Shown here: positions 19,514 through 31,036 of the stretch, piece after piece
Layout of the letters: every line of letters starts with the position of its first letter
Position numbering within the stretch: the stretch's first letter is position 1
From: an uncultured Clostridia bacterium
GTDB taxonomy: Bacteria > Bacillota > Clostridia > Oscillospirales > JAAYOS01
Assembly (NCBI GenBank): GCA_947630675.1
Contig: CANRIN010000002.1
Coordinates: 1,531-65,530 of the forward strand
Direction of reading: 5' to 3'
Length of the DNA: 64,000 bases
Notes under the pieces: generated by a model
Told to the model about the DNA's origin: nothing
The model's database searches: none
Seen by the model: the letters and a program-made list of their open reading frames with translations, nothing else
Made by a program: the position numbers and the translations under genes

Positions 19514-20695
19514 TTGAAAAGGCTTGCCGCGTTGGCGCTTGCGGCGGCGCTTCTGCTCTGCGGCTGCGGCCCGAGCAGCTATTCGGACATCCATCCGCAC
19601 CTCGACAGCAGCACCATAACGCACGAGCACAACGGAGAGCTTAAGGCATCGAACTACACCGAGCTGCGCGGCGCCATACTCCACTTCGTGGAAGCGGGAC
19701 TGGAGGAGGGGACCGTCACCCTCACGGGCTACGACGGGAACGCGGAAAACGACCTCCGCACCGCGTGCAGCGAGGTGACAAACAACGAACCTCTCGGCGC
19801 TTACGGCGTGGAGTATATGTCCTACAACTGCGTGAGGGTGCTCGCAAACTACGAGGCAAGCGTCTCTATTACCTATTCGCGCAGCCGCGAGGAGCTTGAC
19901 CGCATAAAGAGCGTGAGCGGGGCGGCGGACTTCCGCACAGAGCTGCTCTCCACGCTCAGGGATTTCGGCTCGGAGCTTGCGGCGGAGGTCTCCTACTACG
20001 TCGAGGAGAGCTACGACGCCGCGAAAATCGTTGCCGGGTACATGGAAAGCGATCCGTTCGTTTCACTCTGCGACCCGTCGATAGAGGTGAACGTCTACCC
20101 GTCGAGCGGGCTCAGTCGGATAATCGAGGTGAAGTTCACCTATCCCTACCCCGTGGAAACGCTCCGTGAGCGGCAGAACGCGCTCGAGGACGCGATAGGC
20201 GGGATGCTCGCCGACACCGCCGTCGAAGAAGACGGCGCGGCGGAGACGGTGCGCGGCCTCGTCCGCGCGCTCTGCGAGCGGTGTGAGCTCGTGGACGAGC
20301 CGGAGTACGACTACTATGACCCGGAGGGCATGGGCGACGTCCGCAACGCTTACGGAGCGCTGGTGGACGGCGCGGCGGCAAGCGAGGGCTACGCACTCGC
20401 GCTGTCGGCGCTCTGCGGTGAGCTCGGCATCGAGACGCGCCGCGTGAATGGGCGATGGAACGGCGCGGAGCACAGCTGGAACCTCGTGGAGCTGGACGGG
20501 AAGTGGTACCACGTCGACGCCTCGCTCTGCGACCGCTACGCAAACGAAAGCTACCTCTTCAGAACCGACGAGGAGGTGGCGGGCGAGCTGAAATGGAGCC
20601 CGCAGGGACTTCCGCAGACGGCGGAGGAGCCGTATTCATGGGAAAACGAGCCTGTTTTCTCCGACGGCGGCGCCGACACGGAAAACAACGGATAA
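19514..20695 (+). CDS. lipoprotein with C-terminal transglutaminase-like cysteine-protease core
   Basis: TTG start after AGGAGGAGAG. Lipobox LLLCGC. C-terminal EGYALALSALCGELGIE...HSWNLVELDGKWYHVDAS fits the Cys-His-Asp transglutaminase-like fold. Confidence 0.7.
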   Translation: MKRLAALALAAALLLCGCGPSSYSDIHPHLDSSTITHEHNGELKASNYTELRGAILHFVEAGLEEGTVTLTGYDGNAENDLRTACSEVTNNEPLGAYGVEYMSYNCVRVLANYEASVSITYSRSREELDRIKSVSGAADFRTELLSTLRDFGSELAAEVSYYVEESYDAAKIVAGYMESDPFVSLCDPSIEVNVYPSSGLSRIIEVKFTYPYPVETLRERQNALEDAIGGMLADTAVEEDGAAETVRGLVRALCERCELVDEPEYDYYDPEGMGDVRNAYGALVDGAAASEGYALALSALCGELGIETRRVNGRWNGAEHSWNLVELDGKWYHVDASLCDRYANESYLFRTDEEVAGELKWSPQGLPQTAEEPYSWENEPVFSDGGADTENNG

Positions 20696-20722
20696 AGGAA
20701 AATCAAGACAGGGGGATATGTT

Positions 20723-21457
20723 ATGGCGTTCAGAAATTCCGATGAGGCAAAGCGCACGCAGGGTGAGGTCACATACTTCGTCCGCCCGCAGATAACGGCG
20801 GGCGGGGAGGTCTACGACCGCCTCGCGATACAGACGCACTTCGTGGAGCGCGGCGAGAGCTATATCGAGCTGATGAAGAAGTATGTCCTGCCGCTCTACC
20901 GTGAGGGGGACATACTCTCGGTGAGCGAGAAGATAATCGGTATGTGCCAGAACAACGTCGTCGAGATGAAGGACGTGAAGCTCGGATGGTTTGCAAAGCA
21001 TCTTTCCAAGTTTGCGTCCCGCTCGTCCGCCGGCATAGGCATGGACGAGCCGTACAAGCTTCAGCTCGCCATCGACCTCGCCGGCCTGCCGAGGATACTT
21101 TTCGCGTGCTTCTGCCACGTCATAGGCAAGCTCTTCGGAAAGAAGGGCGTGTTTTACAAGGTCGCGGGACACGGGATAGCCGGTATCGACGGCTTCTACT
21201 CGCACTCCTCCTTTGATGTGTACAAGACGATGGCTATACTCAACCCGCGCGAGCCGGACAAGGTCTGCGCCGAGATAGGCCGTGAGACCGGCATCAACTG
21301 CTACATCGTCGATGCGAACGACCTCGAGCGTGAGATACTCGGAGGTCCGGAGAAGCGTCCGGTGAGCGACGAGGTGTTCCTTGAGATGATCCGCGACAAC
21401 CCGGCGGGCCAGTCGGACGAGCTGACGCCGCTCATACTCATCCGCAAGGCGGAATGA
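20723..21457 (+). CDS. CofE-like protein (F420-0:gamma-glutamyl ligase superfamily)
   Basis: 244 aa. SVSEKIIGMCQ and the C-terminal NPAGQSDELTPLILIR resemble CofE-family signatures. Assignment is from memory of the family, not from a search. Confidence 0.5.
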   Translation: MAFRNSDEAKRTQGEVTYFVRPQITAGGEVYDRLAIQTHFVERGESYIELMKKYVLPLYREGDILSVSEKIIGMCQNNVVEMKDVKLGWFAKHLSKFASRSSAGIGMDEPYKLQLAIDLAGLPRILFACFCHVIGKLFGKKGVFYKVAGHGIAGIDGFYSHSSFDVYKTMAILNPREPDKVCAEIGRETGINCYIVDANDLEREILGGPEKRPVSDEVFLEMIRDNPAGQSDELTPLILIRKAE

Positions 21458-21480
21458 TCGCCGGCAGACAGAATAAATAG

Positions 21481-21521
21481 AGAAGCGCCCGCCGTTTGGC
21501 GGGCGCTTCTAGCAGCTTTTT
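21481..21521 (+). terminator. intrinsic terminator
   Basis: AGAAGCGCCCGCC-GTTT-GGCGGGCGCTTCT, then AGCAGCTTTTT. Confidence 0.8.
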
Positions 21522-21742
21522 GGTCTTTGGGATACATCACAATTAAGGAAATCTCGGTGTCTCTTCTCCGGATGTAGTCGTCAATGTCGTAATAAGCCTA
21601 GTTCCCCGGCGACCGGCCTGCCCAAGGTTGTCTTTCCAGACCCGGGCGAGCCGAAAATAAGCCATCCGAGCCTCCCGTGCGTGTCCGCTGTCGGACTGCC
21701 GTATGTTTGCTACGACATCGCGCCGGGCGGCACGCGGACGGG

Positions 21743-22474
21743 TCAAAGACCCATGCCGGACAGCGCGTCCTCGTCCGCGATAACGGTGACGTCCGGGTGG
21801 AGCTGGAGCACCGACGCGGGGCAGCGCGGCGTCACCGGGCCGCAGAGCGCGTTTTGCAGGGCCTCCGCCTTGGATGCTCCGGAGACGACGAGCAGTATCC
21901 GCCGCGCGGAGAGTATCCCGCGTATGCCGAGGGTGTACGCACCTGTCGGCTGCGCCTCGCCCTCGTCGAAGAAGCGGCTGTTTGCCTCTATCGTGCTTTC
22001 GCTGAGGGTGACGAGGTGAGTGTCGGGGATGAAAGCGTCGCCGGGTTCGTTGAAGCCGATGTGTCCGTTGTGGCCGAGGCCGAGAAGCTGGAGGTCGATG
22101 CCGCCGAGCTCCTCCACAAGGTCGTCGTAGCGGGCGCACTCCACCTCGTCGTCCTCGGCGAGGCCGTCCGGCAGGAAGCAGTCGTCCTCGTCGATGTTGA
22201 TATGCTCAAACAGGTGCTCGTGCATATAGAAGGCGTAGCTCCTCGGGTGCGTCGGCGCGAGGTCCTTGTACTCGTCGAGGTTCACCGTGCGGACACGGGA
22301 GAAGTCGAGCTCGTCGCGGCGGTAGCGCTCTATGAGGTCGCGGTAAATGCCTATCGGCGTGGAGCCGGTCGCGAGACCGAGGACGCAGTCCGGCTTCAGC
22401 GTCACCTGAGAGGCGATGAAGCCCGCCGCCCTGCGGCTGAGGTCGGAATAGTTCTTTGCGGTAATGATGTTCAT
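21743..22474 (-). CDS. nagB: glucosamine-6-phosphate deaminase
   Basis: 243 aa. LGLATGSTP, NLDEY and LGLGHNGHIGFNEP are NagB signatures. GGAGG RBS. Confidence 0.95.
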   Translation of the reverse strand: MNIITAKNYSDLSRRAAGFIASQVTLKPDCVLGLATGSTPIGIYRDLIERYRRDELDFSRVRTVNLDEYKDLAPTHPRSYAFYMHEHLFEHINIDEDDCFLPDGLAEDDEVECARYDDLVEELGGIDLQLLGLGHNGHIGFNEPGDAFIPDTHLVTLSESTIEANSRFFDEGEAQPTGAYTLGIRGILSARRILLVVSGASKAEALQNALCGPVTPRCPASVLQLHPDVTVIADEDALSGMGL

Positions 22475-22561
22475 AATATCCTCCGAAACGGCGCTTTTGT
22501 TGTGTTATATGCGCTCTCTTTTGTAAAATCATAGCACGGCGAGAGACCGAAGTCAATCGGT

Positions 22562-22590
22562 TTGACAAAATGCGGTAAATCGTTTATAAT
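22562..22590 (+). promoter_or_regulatory. consensus sigma-A promoter
   Basis: TTGACA (22562..22567), 17-nt spacer, TATAAT (22585..22590). Confidence 0.7.
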
Positions 22591-22658
22591 CTTGTCCGAT
22601 AGTACACAACCACAGCGCGGCGGACACGGAAGCCGCGCGCCACACAGAGAGGAAAACT

Positions 22659-23174
22659 ATGAAGCTTGAACTGAGAAGGGTAACGGTCGAAGAAAAGCCG
22701 ATACTCTCTAACCTCATGGAGAAGTACAATTACGACTTCTCACTCTACGACAAGACCGACGTCAGCCCGCTCGGCCTCTACGGCTACGACTGGCTCGACG
22801 GCTACTGGACGGCGAAGAACCGCTGGGCGTTCTTCATCGTGGCGGACGGGAAGCTTGCAGGCTTCGTGATGGTAAACGACTACCCGGAGCTTCCGGGGGA
22901 GAAGTGCGACTATGCCCTCGCGGAGTTCTTCGTGATGAACAGATATAAGCGGATGGGCGTCGGCTCGTGGGCGGCGCGGACGGCGTTTGACATGTTCCGC
23001 GGGCACTGGCAGCTCAAGTACCTGCCGACGAACGTCCCGTCGAAGAAATTCTGGGACAAATTGGTGACGGAGTACACCGGCGGGAAGGGGACGCTTCTCG
23101 AGGCCGTCCCCGGCACAGAGTACCACGACGGCACGCCGGGGAATATCTGGCTCTTTGACAACTCGGAGAAATAG
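22659..23174 (+). CDS. GNAT family acetyltransferase
   Basis: 171 aa. FFVMNRYKRMGVGSWAA is an acetyl-CoA-binding motif. Confidence 0.75.
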   Translation: MKLELRRVTVEEKPILSNLMEKYNYDFSLYDKTDVSPLGLYGYDWLDGYWTAKNRWAFFIVADGKLAGFVMVNDYPELPGEKCDYALAEFFVMNRYKRMGVGSWAARTAFDMFRGHWQLKYLPTNVPSKKFWDKLVTEYTGGKGTLLEAVPGTEYHDGTPGNIWLFDNSEK

Positions 23175-23246
23175 TCCCGCGGAGCCTGATGCAAAGCTGC
23201 GGTTTTGGGAATGTGTTTTGCATCGGAAGCAGGGACGGAGGATACT

Positions 23247-23747
23247 ATGGCGGAAGAATTTTTAACTCTTATGGCGGACTTGGACGAGATTTCGCAAAAA
23301 CGTCTGTCTGAGTGGTATGACACGCTGGCAAAGGCAGGATTTGTCGGGACACAGACGCCGGGGCTCCCTTATCACATCAGTTTGGCCTCGTTTCCTCTTG
23401 AGAGGGAGGAGAAAGTCGTTGGTTTGATGAAAAAAGCCGCCGCCGAATTCCCGGCAATTCCGGTCCACATCAACCATATCGGCATGTTCGCCGGAGGCAA
23501 GGTGCTTTTTGCCGCGCCCGAAAGAAACGCGCAGCTGGATGCGCTTCACGACGCGTGCGAAACGGATAGGGAACGCGTGTGGACGCCGCATGTCACCGTC
23601 CTGATAGACGAGCCGGAAGCGGTCTGCTCCGCGCTGTCCCTGTTTTTGCGGTCGTTTTACCCGTTTGTCGGAAATATCGTCCGACTGCATCTCTGCGCCT
23701 TCTGGCCAACAAGGGAGATAGCAGCCGTTGAGCTGGGCGGGCGGTAA
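23247..23747 (+). CDS. 2H phosphoesterase superfamily protein (LigT / 2'-5' RNA ligase-like)
   Basis: ATG 23247 after GGACGGAGG. Two H-x-S/T-x motifs are present (PYHISLASF and TPHVTVLID). Confidence 0.7.
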   Translation: MAEEFLTLMADLDEISQKRLSEWYDTLAKAGFVGTQTPGLPYHISLASFPLEREEKVVGLMKKAAAEFPAIPVHINHIGMFAGGKVLFAAPERNAQLDALHDACETDRERVWTPHVTVLIDEPEAVCSALSLFLRSFYPFVGNIVRLHLCAFWPTREIAAVELGGR

Positions 23748-23961
23748 GTCAGAATAGGCGGGAACATGGATATAGATATAATCTTGCGGAGCTTGATACA
23801 AAGCGGAGAAAAAATCGGAAGTTGCGCTTTTGCGTCGTGTTTTCACTTGAGATTTTTTTGGAAGATATACCGTACCTTTTTCCCGAAATATGCCCGCTTT
23901 ATAAATCGACTGACACGGAGCGATGAGGGTATCAGCGGGATTTTGATCTTGCTTAGATTTG

Positions 23962-24090
23962 TTTTCCCGACGGCGTGTATGGCGGGAAAACTCCTCTCGC
24001 GCAACGTGCGTCGAGACAGCGGAGCTGGCGAGGCGCGAAGCACAGCGCGAGGCTTCGTAAAGTTTCGCCGCGTAAGCGCCGTCCGCGCCT
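23962..24090 (-). repeat. partial copy of the long mosaic repeat (internal modules only)
   Basis: TTTTCCCGACGGCGTGTATGGCGGGAAAA, CTCTCGCGCAACGTGCGTCGAG and GAGGCGCGAAGC match modules at 31091.., 41241.. and 61889... Confidence 0.6.
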
Positions 24091-24208
24091 GTTCGCGCGG
24101 TTGAAGTTGGCGGCTTTGCCGCCAACTTCGCGCAGGCGGAATTCATTTCCGCCGAGCATTTTAATCGAAAGGGGTCCCCAAGCGGCGCAAAGCGCCGTTT
24201 GGGGAAAT
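24091..24208. repeat. three-hairpin element, copy 1
   Basis: GTTCGCGCGGTT, then H1 (24103..24129), TGCGCAGG, H2 (24135..24153), GAGCATTTTAATCGAAAGGGGTCCCC, H3 (24176..24204), then GGGAAAT. Alignable with 45402..45514 and 62165..62280. Confidence 0.8.
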
Positions 24209-24261
24209 CCCCCAACAGGAAGAACCGCGGGCTTTACGCCCGCGGTTCTTCCTGTTGGGGG
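24209..24261 (-). terminator. 24-bp perfect hairpin downstream of lacZ (terminator-like, weak U-tract)
   Basis: CCCCCAACAGGAAGAACCGCGGGC-TTTAC-GCCCGCGGTTCTTCCTGTTGGGGG. On the minus strand it is followed by ATTTCCCC. Confidence 0.45.
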
Positions 24262-24289
24262 AGTATGAAGAAAAGAAATAATCGAAATG

Positions 24290-27499
<3,210 letters not shown>

Positions 27500-27777
27500 T
27501 TACAATTATATACTAAATCAAACGCTTACTAAAGTCAAGGAAACTGCGGCGCGCCGTCCGATTTGAACAAAAGTACAGCCGATTTTTTAGTCCGGGCGGA
27601 CAGATGAATGAATAAACACATATACGCGCGGGAACGGAGGTAAAGGCCGGATAACATTTCGTATAAGAGTGACCGCAGTCGGCCGAAAACGGCTCCGCCG
27701 TGCACAAAAGGAGAAAAACCGACTTTTTGGCAGAAGATGCCATTCGGTCGAAAATACTCGATTTTCGGTGGGAACAG

Positions 27778-27809
27778 AGAAAATCCGCCACTTCCGGGGC
27801 GGATTTTCT
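27778..27809. terminator. orphan symmetric terminator-like hairpin inside a non-coding AT-rich island
   Basis: AGAAAATCCGCC-ACTTCCGG-GGCGGATTTTCT, a 12-bp stem. No credible CDS ends nearby on either strand. Confidence 0.45.
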
Positions 27810-27869
27810 AGAGGGCATAATAATGAGATCGGTGGACATAAAAAATAGCAATAAACCTACAACAAGAAG

Positions 27870-27899
27870 TTATTCACATTATCCACAGACTTATCAACA
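27870..27899 (+). promoter_or_regulatory. three tandem DnaA-box-like 9-mers
   Basis: TTATTCACA (27870..27878), TTATCCACA (27879..27887, perfect consensus) and TTATCAACA (27891..27899), all in the same orientation. Confidence 0.45.
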
Positions 27900-28080
27900 G
27901 GACTGAAACCGTTGCGGGGCAAGACTTTCAGCCTGAATTGAGGATTTTTTCCAAAAGCCGAAAGCGATATTTCGTTTCCGTCCGGATTTGACGCAAGTTT
28001 ACATAAATAATGAATATGGCCGCTCTGCCGACGATTTTCGCCCGAAGGAAACTTTTCGTGTGTGTCGGGACTTCCGTGAG

Positions 28081-28111
28081 AAAAAACGCCCCTCGGACGA
28101 TCCGAGGGGCG
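28081..28111 (-). terminator. intrinsic terminator of the 28117 gene
   Basis: Minus strand reads CGCCCCTCGG-ATCG-TCCGAGGGGCG followed by TTTTTT. Confidence 0.85.
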
Positions 28112-28116
28112 CCGGT

Positions 28117-29685
28117 TCACTGGTCTTCGGCGGTGACGCCGTTTGCGTCCATCCACTCCCGCTGGGCATCCGCGAGGCGCGCGAGGGCGGCGCTGCCGCC
28201 GAGGTACCGGTCAAGAGCGAGAAGGTCGGTGTAGGCGGAGTCGGGAGCGCTTCCGCTGTAGCTGCCGTCCGGGAAGCGCGCGCAGTAGAGGCCGCCGCCG
28301 GGACGTACCCAGTCCTCTGCGGTGTCCTCGATGCCGAGGAGCATGCGGCGGGCGACGTCTTCCGCCTCGGGTATGCCGGAGCTGTAGAGCAGCAGTGTCT
28401 CCGCGAGCTGATCGTTGAGGGCGCAGTGGGTGCGCTTCGAGCCGTCAGGGTGGGAGTAGTCGTCCACGAGGAGCCCGCCGTTCGCGGTCTCGTCCGAGCG
28501 GGTGAGCGCGTGGAAGCAGAGGTAGAGGACGTAGTTTTCGGCGCTCTCGTCAAACGTGTCCGCGCCCAGCTTTTCGCCGAGCGCGAGCAGACCCGCGGCA
28601 AGGTCGGTGTTGGCGCGGGCGTCGTGGAAGCCCGCTCCGACGCTGTAGTCATGTTGAAGCTGCTCGCTTCGGGGCGCAGTGGGGATAAAGCCCGCCTCGG
28701 AGCTTTCGTCAAACGTGCCGCCGAGCAGCTCCGGCGGGATAATGTCGGGGTACTCGAAGGTCAGGTAGCGAACGGCGTCAGGAGAGTCGACAAGCTCGGA
28801 GAGGGTGGAGAGCTCGAGATCACCGCGCTGTATGTCGAGCATCGCCGCGGCTATCCGGAGCGCATCCGGGTCGTCACAGCGGCGCGCGATATCGACCGGA
28901 GTACTGGCCGCGGGATCGAGATAGAAGCAGCCGTCCCCGGACGGGGAGTAGTCCTCGGGGGAGGTGCGGTAATAGCCGGAGGGCGCCATGCGGTCGTCCG
29001 CGCCGAGCTTGTCCACCTCGCAGTCGTAGAGCCACTGAGGGACGTCCTCATCTGCGGGGAAGGCTCCCTCCGACGCATAGACCCACCAGACGGAGCTGAC
29101 GTGGCCCTCGTCCTTCGGTCTGTCAAATTCCAGAGTTACGCTGTTCCGGCGGAGCGACGCCGTGCCGTTGCGCTCCTCAACTGCGGTGATCCCGAACGGA
29201 TCGTTCGGCGTTCCGTCTATGACCGCGCCGAGCGGAGCTTCGACGAGCATCCCAAGCCCGCCGGGGCCGCTCTGCACGAGGAGCGGAGAGCGCTCGTCGC
29301 CCGGGTCGAGCCGGACGGCGGACGCGCCCGCACCGCAGTCGAGCGAGAGCGTGAAGGGAATGCGGCTCGTCTCACACCAGAAGACCGAGCCTTCCGGGAA
29401 GATGAAGGCGCGCGCATAGCCGCGGGAGCTGTTCACCTGATACGGGCGGATATCGCCGTCCTTCGTGGCGATGGGGTCAAGACGGTCAATGAGCACCTGA
29501 CCGGTGCCCGAAAGGAAACCGGCAAAGAGCGGCTCCTCCTCCAGAAGAGCGCGGTCCTCCTCCGACATGTTCTCCGGCAGCGCATCGGGGAAGCCCGCCG
29601 GGTCGGGGAGAACAAACAGGACGAGCGCCAGCAGACCTGTCACGGCAAGCACCGCGAGCGAGGCGAAAAACATTCTCCTTTTCAT
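28117..29685 (-). CDS. hypothetical membrane-anchored extracytoplasmic protein (522 aa)
   Basis: Start at the internal ATG (MKRRMFFASLAVLAVTGLLALVLF, signal anchor) after GGAAAGGAG. The Arg-rich 5' extension of the ORF overlaps the next gene and is rejected. No family recognised. Confidence 0.7.
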   Translation of the reverse strand: MKRRMFFASLAVLAVTGLLALVLFVLPDPAGFPDALPENMSEEDRALLEEEPLFAGFLSGTGQVLIDRLDPIATKDGDIRPYQVNSSRGYARAFIFPEGSVFWCETSRIPFTLSLDCGAGASAVRLDPGDERSPLLVQSGPGGLGMLVEAPLGAVIDGTPNDPFGITAVEERNGTASLRRNSVTLEFDRPKDEGHVSSVWWVYASEGAFPADEDVPQWLYDCEVDKLGADDRMAPSGYYRTSPEDYSPSGDGCFYLDPAASTPVDIARRCDDPDALRIAAAMLDIQRGDLELSTLSELVDSPDAVRYLTFEYPDIIPPELLGGTFDESSEAGFIPTAPRSEQLQHDYSVGAGFHDARANTDLAAGLLALGEKLGADTFDESAENYVLYLCFHALTRSDETANGGLLVDDYSHPDGSKRTHCALNDQLAETLLLYSSGIPEAEDVARRMLLGIEDTAEDWVRPGGGLYCARFPDGSYSGSAPDSAYTDLLALDRYLGGSAALARLADAQREWMDANGVTAEDQ

Positions 29686-29768
29686 TTTACGCTCCTTTCC
29701 GCACCGGAACGGTGCGCGGCTCCAACAACTCCGCAAAGGACGTTTTTTAAGAGAAATCGCGTTATTAT

Positions 29769-30809
29769 TTATCCGAGGACATAGCCCGCGACGAGGCGGA
29801 GCGTCGCCTCGATGCCGCGGCGGTGCGTCCGCTCGTAGCCGTGGCTCGCGTAGACGCCGGGACCGATACAGGCGTGGCGGAGGTGGTACCCCGCGCCGAC
29901 GGCGGCGTCCGCGTCCGAGCCGTAGAAGGGGTAGACGTCGAGCGCGTGGGGGATGTCGTCCCGCACGCAGACGTCCTTCAGGGCGGAGACGAGGCCGTAG
30001 TCGTAGGGCCCGCCGCCGTCGAGGACGCATATCGAGACCTCACGCTCGGTGCAGGCGAGGTCGTCCCCGACGCAGCCCATGTCGACCGCTATCATCTCGG
30101 TGCAGCCGTCCGGAAGACCGCTCGCCGCGCCGGTGCCGACCTCCTCGTGGCAGGTGAACATCAGCCAGAGCGTGCGGGGAAGGAGCGGCGCGCGCTCGCT
30201 TATCAGCTTCGCGAGGGCGAGGAGCACCGAGCAGCCCATCTTGTCGTCGATATAGCGGCTCTTGATGTAGTCGTCGCCCGAGACGCGGAAGCGCGGGTCG
30301 AACGCGACGATGTCGCCGGTCTCGACGCCCGCGGCCTTGGTCTCATCCGCGGAGGAGGTGACGATGTCAAGCACGACCTGCATCTCCTCGAGGGTGCGCT
30401 TCGTGTCCGAGAGCTTCGCGCCCGCGACGTGGCTCGAGGGCTCGTTCATCTGGAAGGTGTCGGGGATCTCACGGCCGCCGCGGGTCATCACGGTGCAGTT
30501 CTCCGCCTCGTAGCTGCCGAGGGCGGGACCGCCGAGGCGCGCAATGCGGAGGCGTCCGTCCGGCTTCACCGAACGCACCATCCCGCCGAGCGTGTCGAAG
30601 TGCGAGGAGAGGAGGATGCCGTCTCCGTCGCCGCCGACGCGGCAGAGGACGTTGCCGCGGTTCGTTATCACCGGCTCGAAGTCGAACCTGCGCAGCTCGG
30701 ACGCTATCCACTCCGCCGCGCGGCGGGTGTAGCCGGTAGGAGAGGGAATGGCGACCAGCTTTCCGAAGGTCTCGATCATGTAGTCGGTGTACTTTGATTC
30801 GATATACAT
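29769..30809 (-). CDS. M42 family metallopeptidase (glutamyl aminopeptidase / FrvX-like)
   Basis: 346 aa. LVAIPSPTGY, HFDTLG, DDKMGC, EEVG and GYERTH are M42 signatures. GGAGG RBS. Confidence 0.88.
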   Translation of the reverse strand: MYIESKYTDYMIETFGKLVAIPSPTGYTRRAAEWIASELRRFDFEPVITNRGNVLCRVGGDGDGILLSSHFDTLGGMVRSVKPDGRLRIARLGGPALGSYEAENCTVMTRGGREIPDTFQMNEPSSHVAGAKLSDTKRTLEEMQVVLDIVTSSADETKAAGVETGDIVAFDPRFRVSGDDYIKSRYIDDKMGCSVLLALAKLISERAPLLPRTLWLMFTCHEEVGTGAASGLPDGCTEMIAVDMGCVGDDLACTEREVSICVLDGGGPYDYGLVSALKDVCVRDDIPHALDVYPFYGSDADAAVGAGYHLRHACIGPGVYASHGYERTHRRGIEATLRLVAGYVLG

Positions 30810-30850
30810 AGCGTTCCTCCAAACTTAAAAGTCTTACCTGCCCGGTTTGT

Positions 30851-31036
30851 CAACAAAGCCTCGCAGAGAATGCGCCCGCGGACCTGTACCGCATCCGACC
30901 ATCTACCGGGCGCATCAGACCTCGGCGCTTCGCGCCGACGTCTCAACAAAGCCTCGCAGAGAATGCGCCCGCGAACCTGTACCGCATCCGACCATCTACC
31001 GGGCGCATCAGACCTCGGCGCTCCGCGCCGACGTCT
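30851..31036 (-). repeat. two tandem 93-bp units (2 mismatches) of a repeat module
   Basis: The unit CAACAAAGCCTCGCAGAGAATGCGCCC...TACCGGGCGCATCAGACCTCGGCGCTTCGCGCCGACGTCT starts at 30851 and 30944. A third start at 31037 switches to a different module. Confidence 0.9.

Noticed and set aside
21543-22139. 198-aa minus-strand ORF overlapping nagB out of frame
   Set aside because: It overlaps the well-supported nagB frame, and its translation is Arg/Pro-rich. Only its last 40 codons, which lie outside nagB and have their own RBS, are kept as a low-confidence sORF idea.
23766-24104. 112-aa plus-strand ORF in the ligT-lacZ intergenic region
   Set aside because: It runs from an AT-rich tract into repeat modules, with no RBS and implausible composition. 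The region is better explained as non-coding plus repeat sequence.
27513-27851. 112-aa minus-strand ORF and 68-aa plus-strand ORF (27700..27906) inside the AT-rich island
   Set aside because: They have non-ATG starts and no RBS, their composition is unlike neighbouring genes, and one runs through a terminator-like hairpin.
27870-27899. Reading the DnaA-box trio as the chromosomal origin oriC
   Set aside because: There are only three boxes, no dnaA/dnaN/rpmH neighbourhood and no obvious DnaA-trio or DUE arrangement. The flanking genes (lacZ and a hypothetical) are not origin-proximal markers. It is kept only as a possible secondary DnaA-box cluster.
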